A stretch of 12,317 nt of DNA from a bacterium (GTDB taxonomy: Bacteria; DUMJ01). Position 1 is the first letter of the stretch, and every line of letters starts with the position of its first letter. The notes under the pieces are model-generated. The model was not told the DNA's origin. It worked only from the letters and a program-made list of their open reading frames with translations, and ran no database searches. Made by a program: the position numbers and the translations under genes. The DNA lies in contig JBMFMV010000056.1 of the NCBI GenBank assembly GCA_049970495.1, positions 1 to 12,317 on the forward strand, read 5' to 3'. Positions 1 to 7,584 of this stretch are shown here, in pieces.

Positions 1-516
1 TAATCCTCCTACACTAGCCCCAAACACAGAATAGGCTATCCACATAAGGATTAGGGCTATCATAAAGTTCGGAGTGGCCAGCCCTATATATCCTATAAAT
101 GTAGCTAAATAATCACCAATAGAGTACTGATGAGTTGCCGAGTACATTCCTATCGGGAAGGATAATGCCCAAGAGAATAACATAGTGAATGTAGAAACTG
201 CTACCGTTAAGCCAAGCCTCTCCCAAATAAGTTGGCTTACAGGCCTATTCCACTCAAACGACTGTCCAAAGTCTCCTTGAAACATTCCCTTTACCCACAT
301 AAAGTACTGGATATAATATGGTTGGTCTAATCCGTAACGTTTTTTTAGCGCTGCTATAGTTGCCTCATCCACCGTCTCCCCTGTCTGGCTTAATTGAGCT
401 ATGTAGGAAGTTAAAAAGTCACCTGGGGGTAACTGGATGATTATAAATGATACCACTGATATAAGTATCAATGTAGGTATCATATACAAGATACGCCTAA
501 GTATGTATTGTAGCAT
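1..516 (-). CDS. ABC transporter permease, DppB/OppB (peptide/oligosaccharide) family; partial, runs off the left window edge
   Basis: Not in the ORF track. Manual translation from ATG at 516 gives MLQYILRRILYMIPTLILISVVSFIIIQLPPGDFLTSYIAQLSQTGETVDEATIAALKKRYGLDQP..., the typical OppB/DppB N-terminus (YILRR...LPPGD...YGLD.P). SD AAAGGAGGGA at 521-530. Confidence 0.92.
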   Translation of the reverse strand, partial: MLQYILRRILYMIPTLILISVVSFIIIQLPPGDFLTSYIAQLSQTGETVDEATIAALKKRYGLDQPYYIQYFMWVKGMFQGDFGQSFEWNRPVSQLIWERLGLTVAVSTFTMLFSWALSFPIGMYSATHQYSIGDYLATFIGYIGLATPNFMIALILMWIAYSVFGASVGGL

Positions 517-539
517 TCTCTCCCTCCTTTACCTAGCCT

Positions 540-553
540 TAAAATCGCTTGCA
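540..553. promoter_or_regulatory. Putative LacI-family/cre-like operator at the permease transcription start
   Basis: Minus strand reads TGCAAGCGATTTTA, matching the LacI-family pattern TGnAAnCGnTTnCA at all but one defined position. It lies 6 nt downstream of the -10 box. Confidence 0.55.
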
Positions 554-559
554 GTTTAG

Positions 560-588
560 AATATATCACATTAAAATTTGCCTGTCAA
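560..588 (-). promoter_or_regulatory. Sigma70/SigA-type promoter for the ABC permease operon
   Basis: Minus strand: TTGACA (588-583), 17-nt spacer, TATATT (565-560), with an extended -10 TG. Overlaps the last codons of the upstream dNK gene. Confidence 0.75.
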
Positions 589-1180
589 TGATTTTTATAT
601 ACCCCTCTATAAGACTTATAAGATCTCCTATTTTTTCTACCATATCTTCCTCAGCATTATATATCAATACTGGAGCCTTCTTAAACCCCTTTAACCATTC
701 TTCGTAAGCATTATTTAATCTTTCTATGTAATCATAAGATATTAATTCTTCCTCCTCTCTTTTGCGTTTTCTAATCCTCTCAATCAGGACATCTATAGGA
801 GCCTTTAGATACACTACAAGGTCTGGCTTAGGTAAATATTTAAGCGCTAATCTGTATAACTTAAGGTATGTCTTATATTCCTCTTTCTCTAAAGCTATTC
901 TAGCAAATACTTCACCATCTTCATAGATTGTCCTATCTAATATATACGATTTACCAAGTCTACTGAGTCTTAGTTCTTCCTCAAACCTATTCGATAGAAA
1001 ATAGAGTTGAGAATGAAGCCCCCATCTCTTAGGTTCTCTATAATATAATTTTAGATAAGGATTCTCTTCTACTGGTTCCTTATAAAAAGCCCAATCCCAA
1101 TATCTTGCCAGATACTCCACAATGGTAGTCTTACCAACACCTATATTCCCAGAGATACCAAGAATAATTCTCTTATCCAT
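566..1180 (-). CDS. Deoxynucleoside kinase (dNK family, Dck/Dgk-like)
   Basis: P-loop GNIGVGKTT, EPVEENPYL, SQLYFL..RF, LDRTIYED, PDLVVYL and the RIRKRKR lid are all dNK family motifs. Start overlaps the upstream stop (ATGGATAA). Confidence 0.93.
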   Translation of the reverse strand: MDKRIILGISGNIGVGKTTIVEYLARYWDWAFYKEPVEENPYLKLYYREPKRWGLHSQLYFLSNRFEEELRLSRLGKSYILDRTIYEDGEVFARIALEKEEYKTYLKLYRLALKYLPKPDLVVYLKAPIDVLIERIRKRKREEEELISYDYIERLNNAYEEWLKGFKKAPVLIYNAEEDMVEKIGDLISLIEGYIKIIDRQILM

Positions 1181-1775
1181 AGATACCGGTGAACCTACTT
1201 ATCTCTGTTAAGATATACCTCTTATCCTCTATCCTATTTACATAATCTAGAGCCTCTGTTTCTATCCTTAAGACAGGTGAAAGGGTATATTTCTTCATAT
1301 ATTCTTCATAGTGCTTACATAACATACGAAGATATTCGTATGTTATAGATGCCTCATATATTCTTCCTCTCTTTCTTATTCTATCCATTAAGAACTCTGG
1401 ACTAGCAGATAGATATACCACATAATCTGGGGGTCTTATATGTCGAACCATATGGTCATATATCCTTTTGTATAGTTTTATATCTTCTCCTTTTAGATTC
1501 ATTAAAGCAAATATCTCGTCTTTGTAAAAGAAATAATCACAGACAACATTTCCTTTAGAGTTTTGAATCGTCCTCCACTGCCTAAACCTATTCACAAGAA
1601 ATTCTATCTGCACCGGAAAAGAATAACGCTCAATATCACTATAAAATCTATCAAGATAGGGATTCTTATAAGACAATTCATATACACCTTTAAATCCTAA
1701 CTTACCCACTAAAATCTTGGTCAGCGATGTCTTCCCAACACCTATAGGACCCTCAATCGACAGTAACATTGACAT
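1173..1775 (-). CDS. Deoxynucleoside kinase (dNK family, Dgk/Dck-like), second paralogue
   Basis: IEGPIGVGKTSL P-loop, NPYLDRFY, Q..FL.NRF.Q, DYFFYKD..FA, PDYVVYL, RIRKRGR. Start is ATG 1775 (AGGT about 7 nt upstream) or ATG 1769. Confidence 0.93.
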   Translation of the reverse strand: MSMLLSIEGPIGVGKTSLTKILVGKLGFKGVYELSYKNPYLDRFYSDIERYSFPVQIEFLVNRFRQWRTIQNSKGNVVCDYFFYKDEIFALMNLKGEDIKLYKRIYDHMVRHIRPPDYVVYLSASPEFLMDRIRKRGRIYEASITYEYLRMLCKHYEEYMKKYTLSPVLRIETEALDYVNRIEDKRYILTEISRFTGIYG

Positions 1776-3057
1776 ACTTTTTACCTATTGATAATAGGTA
1801 CTCTTTTATCTCTTGAGTTATTAATGCCCCAGGAATTAATAGAGGTATACCCGGGGGATACTGAGTGATAATCTCTCCAGAAATCCTACCAACGCTATAT
1901 TTTAAATCTATCCTTTCTTTAGATGATAAGAATGCAGTCCTAGGTAATTGAACCACATTATATCTAGGTGGAATATTTGCCTTTCCTGGAGGATAGATAC
2001 TTATCCTCTTTAGAGCTTCTAAAAACCTCATTAATATTCTTCTAGAATCCAATAATGATATTATAAACAGACAATAAGTTTCAGAGGACATCTCAGATTG
2101 AATTCTAAAGCCTTCCCATAATTCAAAGGATAATTGATTTCCATTCATATTATAAAGAGTCAGCTTAGTCTTATCCATATTGGGCTTTTTATATACCGGA
2201 ATACCAAGGTTCTCTATCCCTTCTGTCAGTTCGTCTATTATAGGTATTAATCTGTCTAACCATTTTCTCCCGTTTAAACAGAGTTCTCTTCTTCCTACAT
2301 CTATAGATGCTAAGATGATAGTAGATGGGCTAGTAGTAGATAATAGTTTTATACTCTCTTCTAAGGCCTCTCTATCTACTCTGTTACCCTTTACATGAAT
2401 CAAAGCTCCTTGAGTCAAAGAAATACCCATCTTATGGGCACTCTGAATAACTATATCGGCATTTACATCTAAGCCGGATGGAGGCATCTTTTTGTTAAAA
2501 TGTAGATGTATGCCATGTGCCTCATCTACAATGACTATGATATCTTTACTATGGGCATAATCTACTATATCTTTTATCTCCGGAACTAATCCAAAATAGT
2601 TAGGGTTCATTAATACAATCCCCCTTATACTATCTTTAAGTTTACTCTTTACATCCTCTAATTTTATATTTTGAGGGATTCCCCACTCATCTATCTCTTC
2701 TTCTATGAAATCCGGTTCTACTCCCGATAGTATGAATCCTTCTATTATACTCCTATGAGAATAGTATGGGACAAGGACTTTGTCTCCAGGCTTAAAGGCA
2801 GAAAGAAATGCAGATTGTATCCCTTGGGTACTCCCATTTACTAAAAAATAACTAAAATCAGAACCAAAAGCCAAAGCTGTAAGCTTCTGTGCATTTAATA
2901 GGGGTCCATTAGGCGAAAAGAGATTATCCGTCTGAGGTAATTCTGTCAAGTCTAATGAAAAAAGTCTCCCCTTATGCCCAGGATAATGGAATCTTATCGG
3001 CTTTTTCTTTATGTAGCTAATAATAGCATCTAGATAGGGTGTAATACTTTGGTCCAT
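1753..3057 (-). CDS. yaaO: PLP-dependent Orn/Lys/Arg decarboxylase family protein (YaaO-like, no N-terminal wing domain)
   Basis: FHYPGHKG, FLVNGST, HRS, NPNYFG, VDEAHG, PLP-lysine motif QSAHKM, TTSPS and C-terminal YPPGIPLLIPG. yaaO is part of the tmk-darA-holB locus in Bacillus. Substrate cannot be determined from sequence. Confidence 0.88.
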   Translation of the reverse strand: MDQSITPYLDAIISYIKKKPIRFHYPGHKGRLFSLDLTELPQTDNLFSPNGPLLNAQKLTALAFGSDFSYFLVNGSTQGIQSAFLSAFKPGDKVLVPYYSHRSIIEGFILSGVEPDFIEEEIDEWGIPQNIKLEDVKSKLKDSIRGIVLMNPNYFGLVPEIKDIVDYAHSKDIIVIVDEAHGIHLHFNKKMPPSGLDVNADIVIQSAHKMGISLTQGALIHVKGNRVDREALEESIKLLSTTSPSTIILASIDVGRRELCLNGRKWLDRLIPIIDELTEGIENLGIPVYKKPNMDKTKLTLYNMNGNQLSFELWEGFRIQSEMSSETYCLFIISLLDSRRILMRFLEALKRISIYPPGKANIPPRYNVVQLPRTAFLSSKERIDLKYSVGRISGEIITQYPPGIPLLIPGALITQEIKEYLLSIGKKYVNVTVD

Positions 3058-3058
3058 C

Positions 3059-3724
3059 TTACAAAAATATTGGTGGCTCTACTCTAACACCGGGTCTTCC
3101 TCCTTTTCTAGCCTCTATAAGTACCCTCTTACTCGGTTTAAATTGGCTTGTATAGACAAAAGTCATTCGCTTAGCTTCCAGACCAAAGGTATCTAGAGTT
3201 GATATTATATCCTTTAGTCTTTCGCTCCTATGGATCATATACAACCTGCCTTTTATCTTTAAGAAGTAACTAGCTACTCTAATAATATCAGTTAAGGTAA
3301 GAAAGACCTCAGTAGTGCTGACAGCCTTCGTCTCATATGGACTAATACGTCCTTCTTGTCGTTTCATATAGGGTGGATTAGTAAAAACAACATCAAACGA
3401 ATTGGCAAGTTGAGAAAAAAGTAATGGAAGTTCTCTAGCATCAGCATTTACTAGGGTAACTTTATCTTGTAGCTTATTCTCTTCAACATTTTTCTTTAAG
3501 ACTTCATATACATCTTTTTGTATCTCTACCAGCATAGCATTTTTAAAATTAGGATACCTATTAAAGATGATAAAAGAGAGGCACCCTACTCCACTACCTA
3601 TCTCTATAAAACTCTCTTTCTCCTTTAAGTTTATAAAATCAGCCAATAATAATGTATCAGTAGTAGAGAGGGCGACCTTTTCGGGATATAAAATCTTAAA
3701 TCTACCAATTATCTCTTCTCTTAT
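3059..3724 (-). CDS. yabB: SAM-dependent methyltransferase, tRNA1(Val) A37-N6 methyltransferase family (YabB/YfiC/TrmN6)
   Basis: EIGSGVG SAM motif, VEIQ, FDVVFTNPPY (N6-adenine motif), IHRSERL, RVLIEARKGG. The ORF track starts at TTG 3646, but the frame is open upstream and encodes the family N-terminal segment (KILYPEKVALSTTDTLLLADF). Best start is ATA at 3724, with GAGGTG 8 nt upstream. Start position is less certain than the family call. Confidence 0.87.
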   Translation of the reverse strand: MREEIIGRFKILYPEKVALSTTDTLLLADFINLKEKESFIEIGSGVGCLSFIIFNRYPNFKNAMLVEIQKDVYEVLKKNVEENKLQDKVTLVNADARELPLLFSQLANSFDVVFTNPPYMKRQEGRISPYETKAVSTTEVFLTLTDIIRVASYFLKIKGRLYMIHRSERLKDIISTLDTFGLEAKRMTFVYTSQFKPSKRVLIEARKGGRPGVRVEPPIFL

Positions 3725-4653
3725 ACAACTTCCACCTCTACCCTTGGTAATATATTCTCCACATCAATCTTCCTTACCTCACCAGGTTTCAATGTAAGAA
3801 CATTTGCAGTCCCCATAGCTGCACCTAACCTAAGAATCTCTGTTATATCTAGACTCTGTTCTAATCCAAGAGCTATACCAGCCACCACAGAATCACCAGA
3901 ACCCACTGCATTCAGTGCTTTTAACACTGGAGGAACTACTTTATAATACGTCCCTTTATAGTAGGCATATAGTCCATCTTTTCCCATAGAGATAACTGGT
4001 AACTCTATACCATTCTCAGAAAAATAATTTAAGACACTCTTGATATCTTCTATCGTACTCAACTGGACATCTAATATAGCTTCTACCTCAGCCCTGTTCG
4101 GTTTTATCGAAAAAGGCTTTGCCGTTATACCTGCTTTTAAAGCTTTACCACTCGTATCTAGGATAACCTTAGCATTCCTAGACTTTATCAAACTAACTAG
4201 CCTAACATATAAGTCTTCAGGAGCACCTTGTGGAAGACTTCCCCCCATACAAACTATAACCTTTTCAGAGAGATAATTTAAAATCTTAGCCTCTAAGAGT
4301 TTGATATCCTCCTCTGTTATAGTCGGACCCTTTTCTAATACCTCTGTTTGTGTATTATTTACAGTATCTAATATATTGTAGCAGGTTCTAGATTCTCCAT
4401 TTATCTCTACCACATCATATTTGATACCCTCATAGTCAAATATACTCAGTATATGTCTTCCAGTATTCCCCCCAATAAAACCTATTACCGGAGCTTTATA
4501 GCCTAAACCTAATAAAGCTCTAGATGCATTTACTCCCTTTCCTCCTGGCACATAAGTTATCTCTTTTACTCTATGGGTTCCGCCTATCTTAAATTCCCCA
4601 TCTATAGTTAAAGTTTTATCCAACGATATGTTGGGGGTTACGGTAATTATCAT
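3721..4653 (-). CDS. pfkB: 1-phosphofructokinase-family hexose kinase (PfkB/FruK/LacC)
   Basis: MIITVTPNISLD start, PGGKGVNAS (PfkB signature 1), GGSLPQG, LDTSG, IKPNRAE, NAVGSGDS (signature 2). SD AAGGAGGA at 4670-4663; ATGA overlap with the ricT stop. Confidence 0.92.
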   Translation of the reverse strand: MIITVTPNISLDKTLTIDGEFKIGGTHRVKEITYVPGGKGVNASRALLGLGYKAPVIGFIGGNTGRHILSIFDYEGIKYDVVEINGESRTCYNILDTVNNTQTEVLEKGPTITEEDIKLLEAKILNYLSEKVIVCMGGSLPQGAPEDLYVRLVSLIKSRNAKVILDTSGKALKAGITAKPFSIKPNRAEVEAILDVQLSTIEDIKSVLNYFSENGIELPVISMGKDGLYAYYKGTYYKVVPPVLKALNAVGSGDSVVAGIALGLEQSLDITEILRLGAAMGTANVLTLKPGEVRKIDVENILPRVEVEVV

Positions 4654-5588
4654 AAGCCTTCGTCCTCCTTGACATTTTTATCATATAAATTATAATGATA
4701 CTGTGCCGAAGTGGCGGAATTGGTAGACGCTCTGGACTCAGGATCCAGTGGATGTAAATCCGTACCGGTTCGAATCCGGTCTTCGGCACCAATTTTATTT
4801 TTTATTACTATATCCCCTAATGGAACCTCTTTTTGCCATCCATTCTTAAATTCTAATATTACTGTATTTTTAAGCACATTTATACCTACCACTTTCCCTT
4901 CGCCCAATTTAGACTCTACAGTAGAGCCTATTTCCGGAAAATCTTTTATAACTTTACTGTAAAATTCCGCCTCAAACCTAAGACAGCACATCAATCTTCC
5001 ACAGATCCCAGAGATCTTAGTTGGATTTAGAATTAAGCCTTGTTCCTTCGCTATTTTCACGGATATAGGAGCAAACTCTTCTAGGAATTCACAACAACAG
5101 GCGACCTTACCACAAGGTCCAAGTCCCTTTATCAATTTTATCTCATCTCTAACTCCTATCTGTCTCAATTCTACCCTATTCATAAGGGTATAAGCCAAGT
5201 CTTTTACTAATTCCCTAAAGTCTATTCTACCCTCTGCTGTAAAGAAACAGATTATCCTTTCTGGGTCTACCCCAAAATCTACTTTTACGAGCTTCATAGG
5301 TAGGTTATGAGCTTTTATTCTACTTTTTACTATATTAAATAGTTCCTGTCTCTTTAAATTACGCGCTTTAGCTTCTATCTCTTCCTCAGGAAGAGCTCTT
5401 CTTATAATTTCTTTTAAAGGAACTACCTTATCAGGCTCTATCTCACCCAATCTACATACCACTTCACCAATATATTCCTTCTTCCTATAAGATACTATAA
5501 CAGTATCTCCTCTTTCATATCTCTCTTCTGACTTGTATAGACCTCTCTCTGTAAAGATTTCTACTAACCTAACTAGATAAAGGAACAA
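4650..5588 (-). CDS. ricT: PSP1-domain protein, RicT/YaaT (stage 0 sporulation family, Fe-S protein), with a ~50-aa tail read across an antisense tRNA
   Basis: LPMKLV, FFTAEGRIDFRELVKDLA, RVELRQIGVRDE, GPCGKVACC, KEQGL.LNPTKISGICGRLMCCLRFE. TTG start with SD GGAGG at 5602-5598. Lies directly downstream of holB, as in Firmicutes. Confidence 0.93.
   Translation of the reverse strand: MFLYLVRLVEIFTERGLYKSEERYERGDTVIVSYRKKEYIGEVVCRLGEIEPDKVVPLKEIIRRALPEEEIEAKARNLKRQELFNIVKSRIKAHNLPMKLVKVDFGVDPERIICFFTAEGRIDFRELVKDLAYTLMNRVELRQIGVRDEIKLIKGLGPCGKVACCCEFLEEFAPISVKIAKEQGLILNPTKISGICGRLMCCLRFEAEFYSKVIKDFPEIGSTVESKLGEGKVVGINVLKNTVILEFKNGWQKEVPLGDIVIKNKIGAEDRIRTGTDLHPLDPESRASTNSATSAQYHYNLYDKNVKEDEGL
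4669..4696 (+). promoter_or_regulatory. Consensus sigma70/SigA promoter driving tRNA-Leu
   Basis: TTGACA (4669-4674), 16-nt spacer, TATAAT (4691-4696), ending 8 nt before the tRNA 5' end. Confidence 0.88.
4705..4791 (+). tRNA. tRNA-Leu (anticodon CAG)
   Basis: Acceptor stem GCCGAAG/CTTCGGC. D arm GCG-GAATTGGTAGA-CGC. Anticodon stem CTGGA/TCCAG with loop CT-CAG-GA (CAG at 4739-4741). Long variable arm GGAT-GTAA-ATCC. T arm ACCGG-TTCGAAT-CCGGT. Discriminator A and encoded CCA (4789-4791). Confidence 0.98.
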
Positions 5589-5589
5589 C

Positions 5590-6480
5590 TTATCCTACCT
5601 CCAATTCTCTATACAAAAGGGCTAGAGCTAACTTCCAATCACTGTTACAATCTTCTAATACTTTTATCTCCTGGATAAAAAAGAAATCTTCTATTAAATT
5701 CTCCAATCTGTTTCCATTTGATAAAATCTTATTGCCTTTAGAGATAACAAACCTCTCATCTGCTCCTAATAATCTTATAATATTGTCCCTAAGAGCTATG
5801 GCTATAGTATCTAGCACCGAATCTGGGCTCTCCAAAGATTCTATCTCTGGATAAGAGATTATCTTGCTTTTTAAATTTCCTGATTCAAATATCTTTATAC
5901 CCTCTTCTACACTTCCTCTAGATAGATAGCTTATCTCTAATGCCAAATCTTCTGGACATCCCTTTTCTACCAAAAGAGAGAATATTATGTCTCTTTTTAC
6001 TGGCGAAAAAGGAACTACTAATGCCCTTGACACTATTGTCTTTAGGAGATTGTTAAGGTCTCTTACTGTAAATATGAATATACTAGACGAAGGAGGTTCC
6101 TCTAAGACCTTTAAAAGACTATTTGCTGAAGGTAAGGTAAGATTTTCTGCATTCTCTAGGATAAATATCCTATACCTCCCTGATATTGGTGATAAAAAAG
6201 CCAACTCTCTTAACTCTCTAGTCTGAGATATACCTATAGTCTCATTATTAATAAAGATTACATCAGGATTTTTATTATTCATAATACTTAGACATATATT
6301 ACAGGTTCTACATGGCCTATCAGAACTTATACAGTTTAAAGCCATAGCAAATTCTTTAGCCATAGAAAGCTTTCCAACTCCATCAGGACCTACAAAGATA
6401 AAAAAATGTGGAATCTTTTCCTGTTTAATAGCATTCTCTAGTATTCTCCTCGCTCTCTTCTGCCCAAGGATATCCCTCAT
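5590..6480 (-). CDS. holB: DNA polymerase III delta' subunit
   Basis: DILGQ start, GPDGVGK, zinc motif C-x6-CRTCNIC, NPDV, ANSLLKVLEEPP, TIVSR. Syntenic between darA and ricT. Confidence 0.9.
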   Translation of the reverse strand: MRDILGQKRARRILENAIKQEKIPHFFIFVGPDGVGKLSMAKEFAMALNCISSDRPCRTCNICLSIMNNKNPDVIFINNETIGISQTRELRELAFLSPISGRYRIFILENAENLTLPSANSLLKVLEEPPSSSIFIFTVRDLNNLLKTIVSRALVVPFSPVKRDIIFSLLVEKGCPEDLALEISYLSRGSVEEGIKIFESGNLKSKIISYPEIESLESPDSVLDTIAIALRDNIIRLLGADERFVISKGNKILSNGNRLENLIEDFFFIQEIKVLEDCNSDWKLALALLYRELEVG

Positions 6481-6809
6481 ACCTTCTCAAATCTCTCCAC
6501 ATTAAGGACAAAGACTGTAGCCCCACCTATCTGAACCTTTATAGGATAAGGAATAAATCCACCCATAGACTCAATCATTCCTGGAGGAGTAGGACTCATC
6601 AACCTTTCTCTAGATTTACAAGTACTCCTTACTATACCTAGCACATCGTCCACAAGCTCATCATCTACCCCAACTAGTATAGTTGCATTCCCCTCCCTTA
6701 AGAATCCACCTGTACTAGCTAACTTAGTTGCACCAAATCCCTTTTCCACCAGATTAGATATAAGTAAATCCGCATCGCTAGACTGTGTAATAATAAGTAT
6801 TAACTTCAT
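6477..6809 (-). CDS. darA: Cyclic-di-AMP receptor, PII-like (DarA/PstA/YaaQ)
   Basis: MKLIL.I.Q..D, TKLASTGGFLREGNATILVGV and C-terminal GGATVFVL.VERFEK signatures; 110 aa. SD GGAGGTG overlaps the mscS stop; ATGA overlap with holB. Confidence 0.94.
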   Translation of the reverse strand: MKLILIITQSSDADLLISNLVEKGFGATKLASTGGFLREGNATILVGVDDELVDDVLGIVRSTCKSRERLMSPTPPGMIESMGGFIPYPIKVQIGGATVFVLNVERFEKV

Positions 6810-6819
6810 ATCACACCTC

Positions 6820-7584
6820 CTATACTATACTCAAATCTACCTTCTCTACCCCCTCTTTTAGAGAGAGTAAAAAGAACGGCTCTAAAGAACGTCTTTTATG
6901 CGGGGAAACCTTACAAGAGACAACCAATCTTATAGTAGAAGAGTCAAATGACTGAATCCCCTCTATCTTCGGACCTTCTATAATATCTCCACCATACTTT
7001 TCGCACATCTTATCTCTGGCATAATCTAAAACCTTCTCTAATTTTTCTAGGGGCTCTTTATTGCTTACATTCATCACATAGTTTATCTTTGTCCATTTAT
7101 CTGTCAAATTGGCTACCTGTACAACAGAGCTATTTGGGATAATATATAAAGCACCCGATTCATCTCTAATCCTAGTAGCTCTTAGAGTTAAATCTTCCAC
7201 TACTCCCTGTATAGCTCCTATCTTGACTTCGTCTCCTATATCATACTGATTCTCTAGTATTATGAAAAATCCATTTATCATATCTCTTATTAGATTCTGG
7301 GAACCAAAGCTTATAGCTAATCCTAATATCCCTGCTCCAGCTATAAAAGGGCTTGGATCTATATTTAATACTCTTAACATCCACACTACTCCTGAGACAC
7401 CTATAATAACCCTTATGGTCCAAGTAATCAAAGAGCCCAAAGTAATAATACGCTGTTTATTACCTTTATAATTGATTCTATTTATTCTAGAAATGATATA
7501 ATTCCCAATTATAGTGGCAAGATACCAAACTATAATAACCCCTAGAATTATAGACACAAGTCTTATTAGAGTCCACACTGTCAT
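6820..7584 (-). CDS. mscS: Small-conductance mechanosensitive channel family protein (MscS-like)
   Basis: Hydrophobic N-terminal helices, AGAGILGLAISFGSQNLIRDMINGFFIILENQYDIGD, G.VEDLTLRATRIRD..G.LYIIPNS. SD GGGAGGT; ATGA overlap with the tmk stop. Confidence 0.92.
   Translation of the reverse strand: MTVWTLIRLVSIILGVIIVWYLATIIGNYIISRINRINYKGNKQRIITLGSLITWTIRVIIGVSGVVWMLRVLNIDPSPFIAGAGILGLAISFGSQNLIRDMINGFFIILENQYDIGDEVKIGAIQGVVEDLTLRATRIRDESGALYIIPNSSVVQVANLTDKWTKINYVMNVSNKEPLEKLEKVLDYARDKMCEKYGGDIIEGPKIEGIQSFDSSTIRLVVSCKVSPHKRRSLEPFFLLSLKEGVEKVDLSIV

Noticed and set aside
4760..4791. tRNA 3' end as an integration (att) site for a mobile element
   Set aside because: I saw no duplicate of the tRNA 3' end, no integrase and no compositional shift; flanking genes are housekeeping.
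4711..4962. 83-aa plus-strand ORF MAELVDALDSGSSG...
   Set aside because: This is the familiar spurious translation of a tRNA-Leu sequence, continuing antisense to ricT; no SD.
5590..6480. holB as a possible pseudogene (short, SRA instead of SRC)
   Set aside because: The frame is intact, the arginine finger and zinc cysteines are retained, and delta' C-termini are variable.
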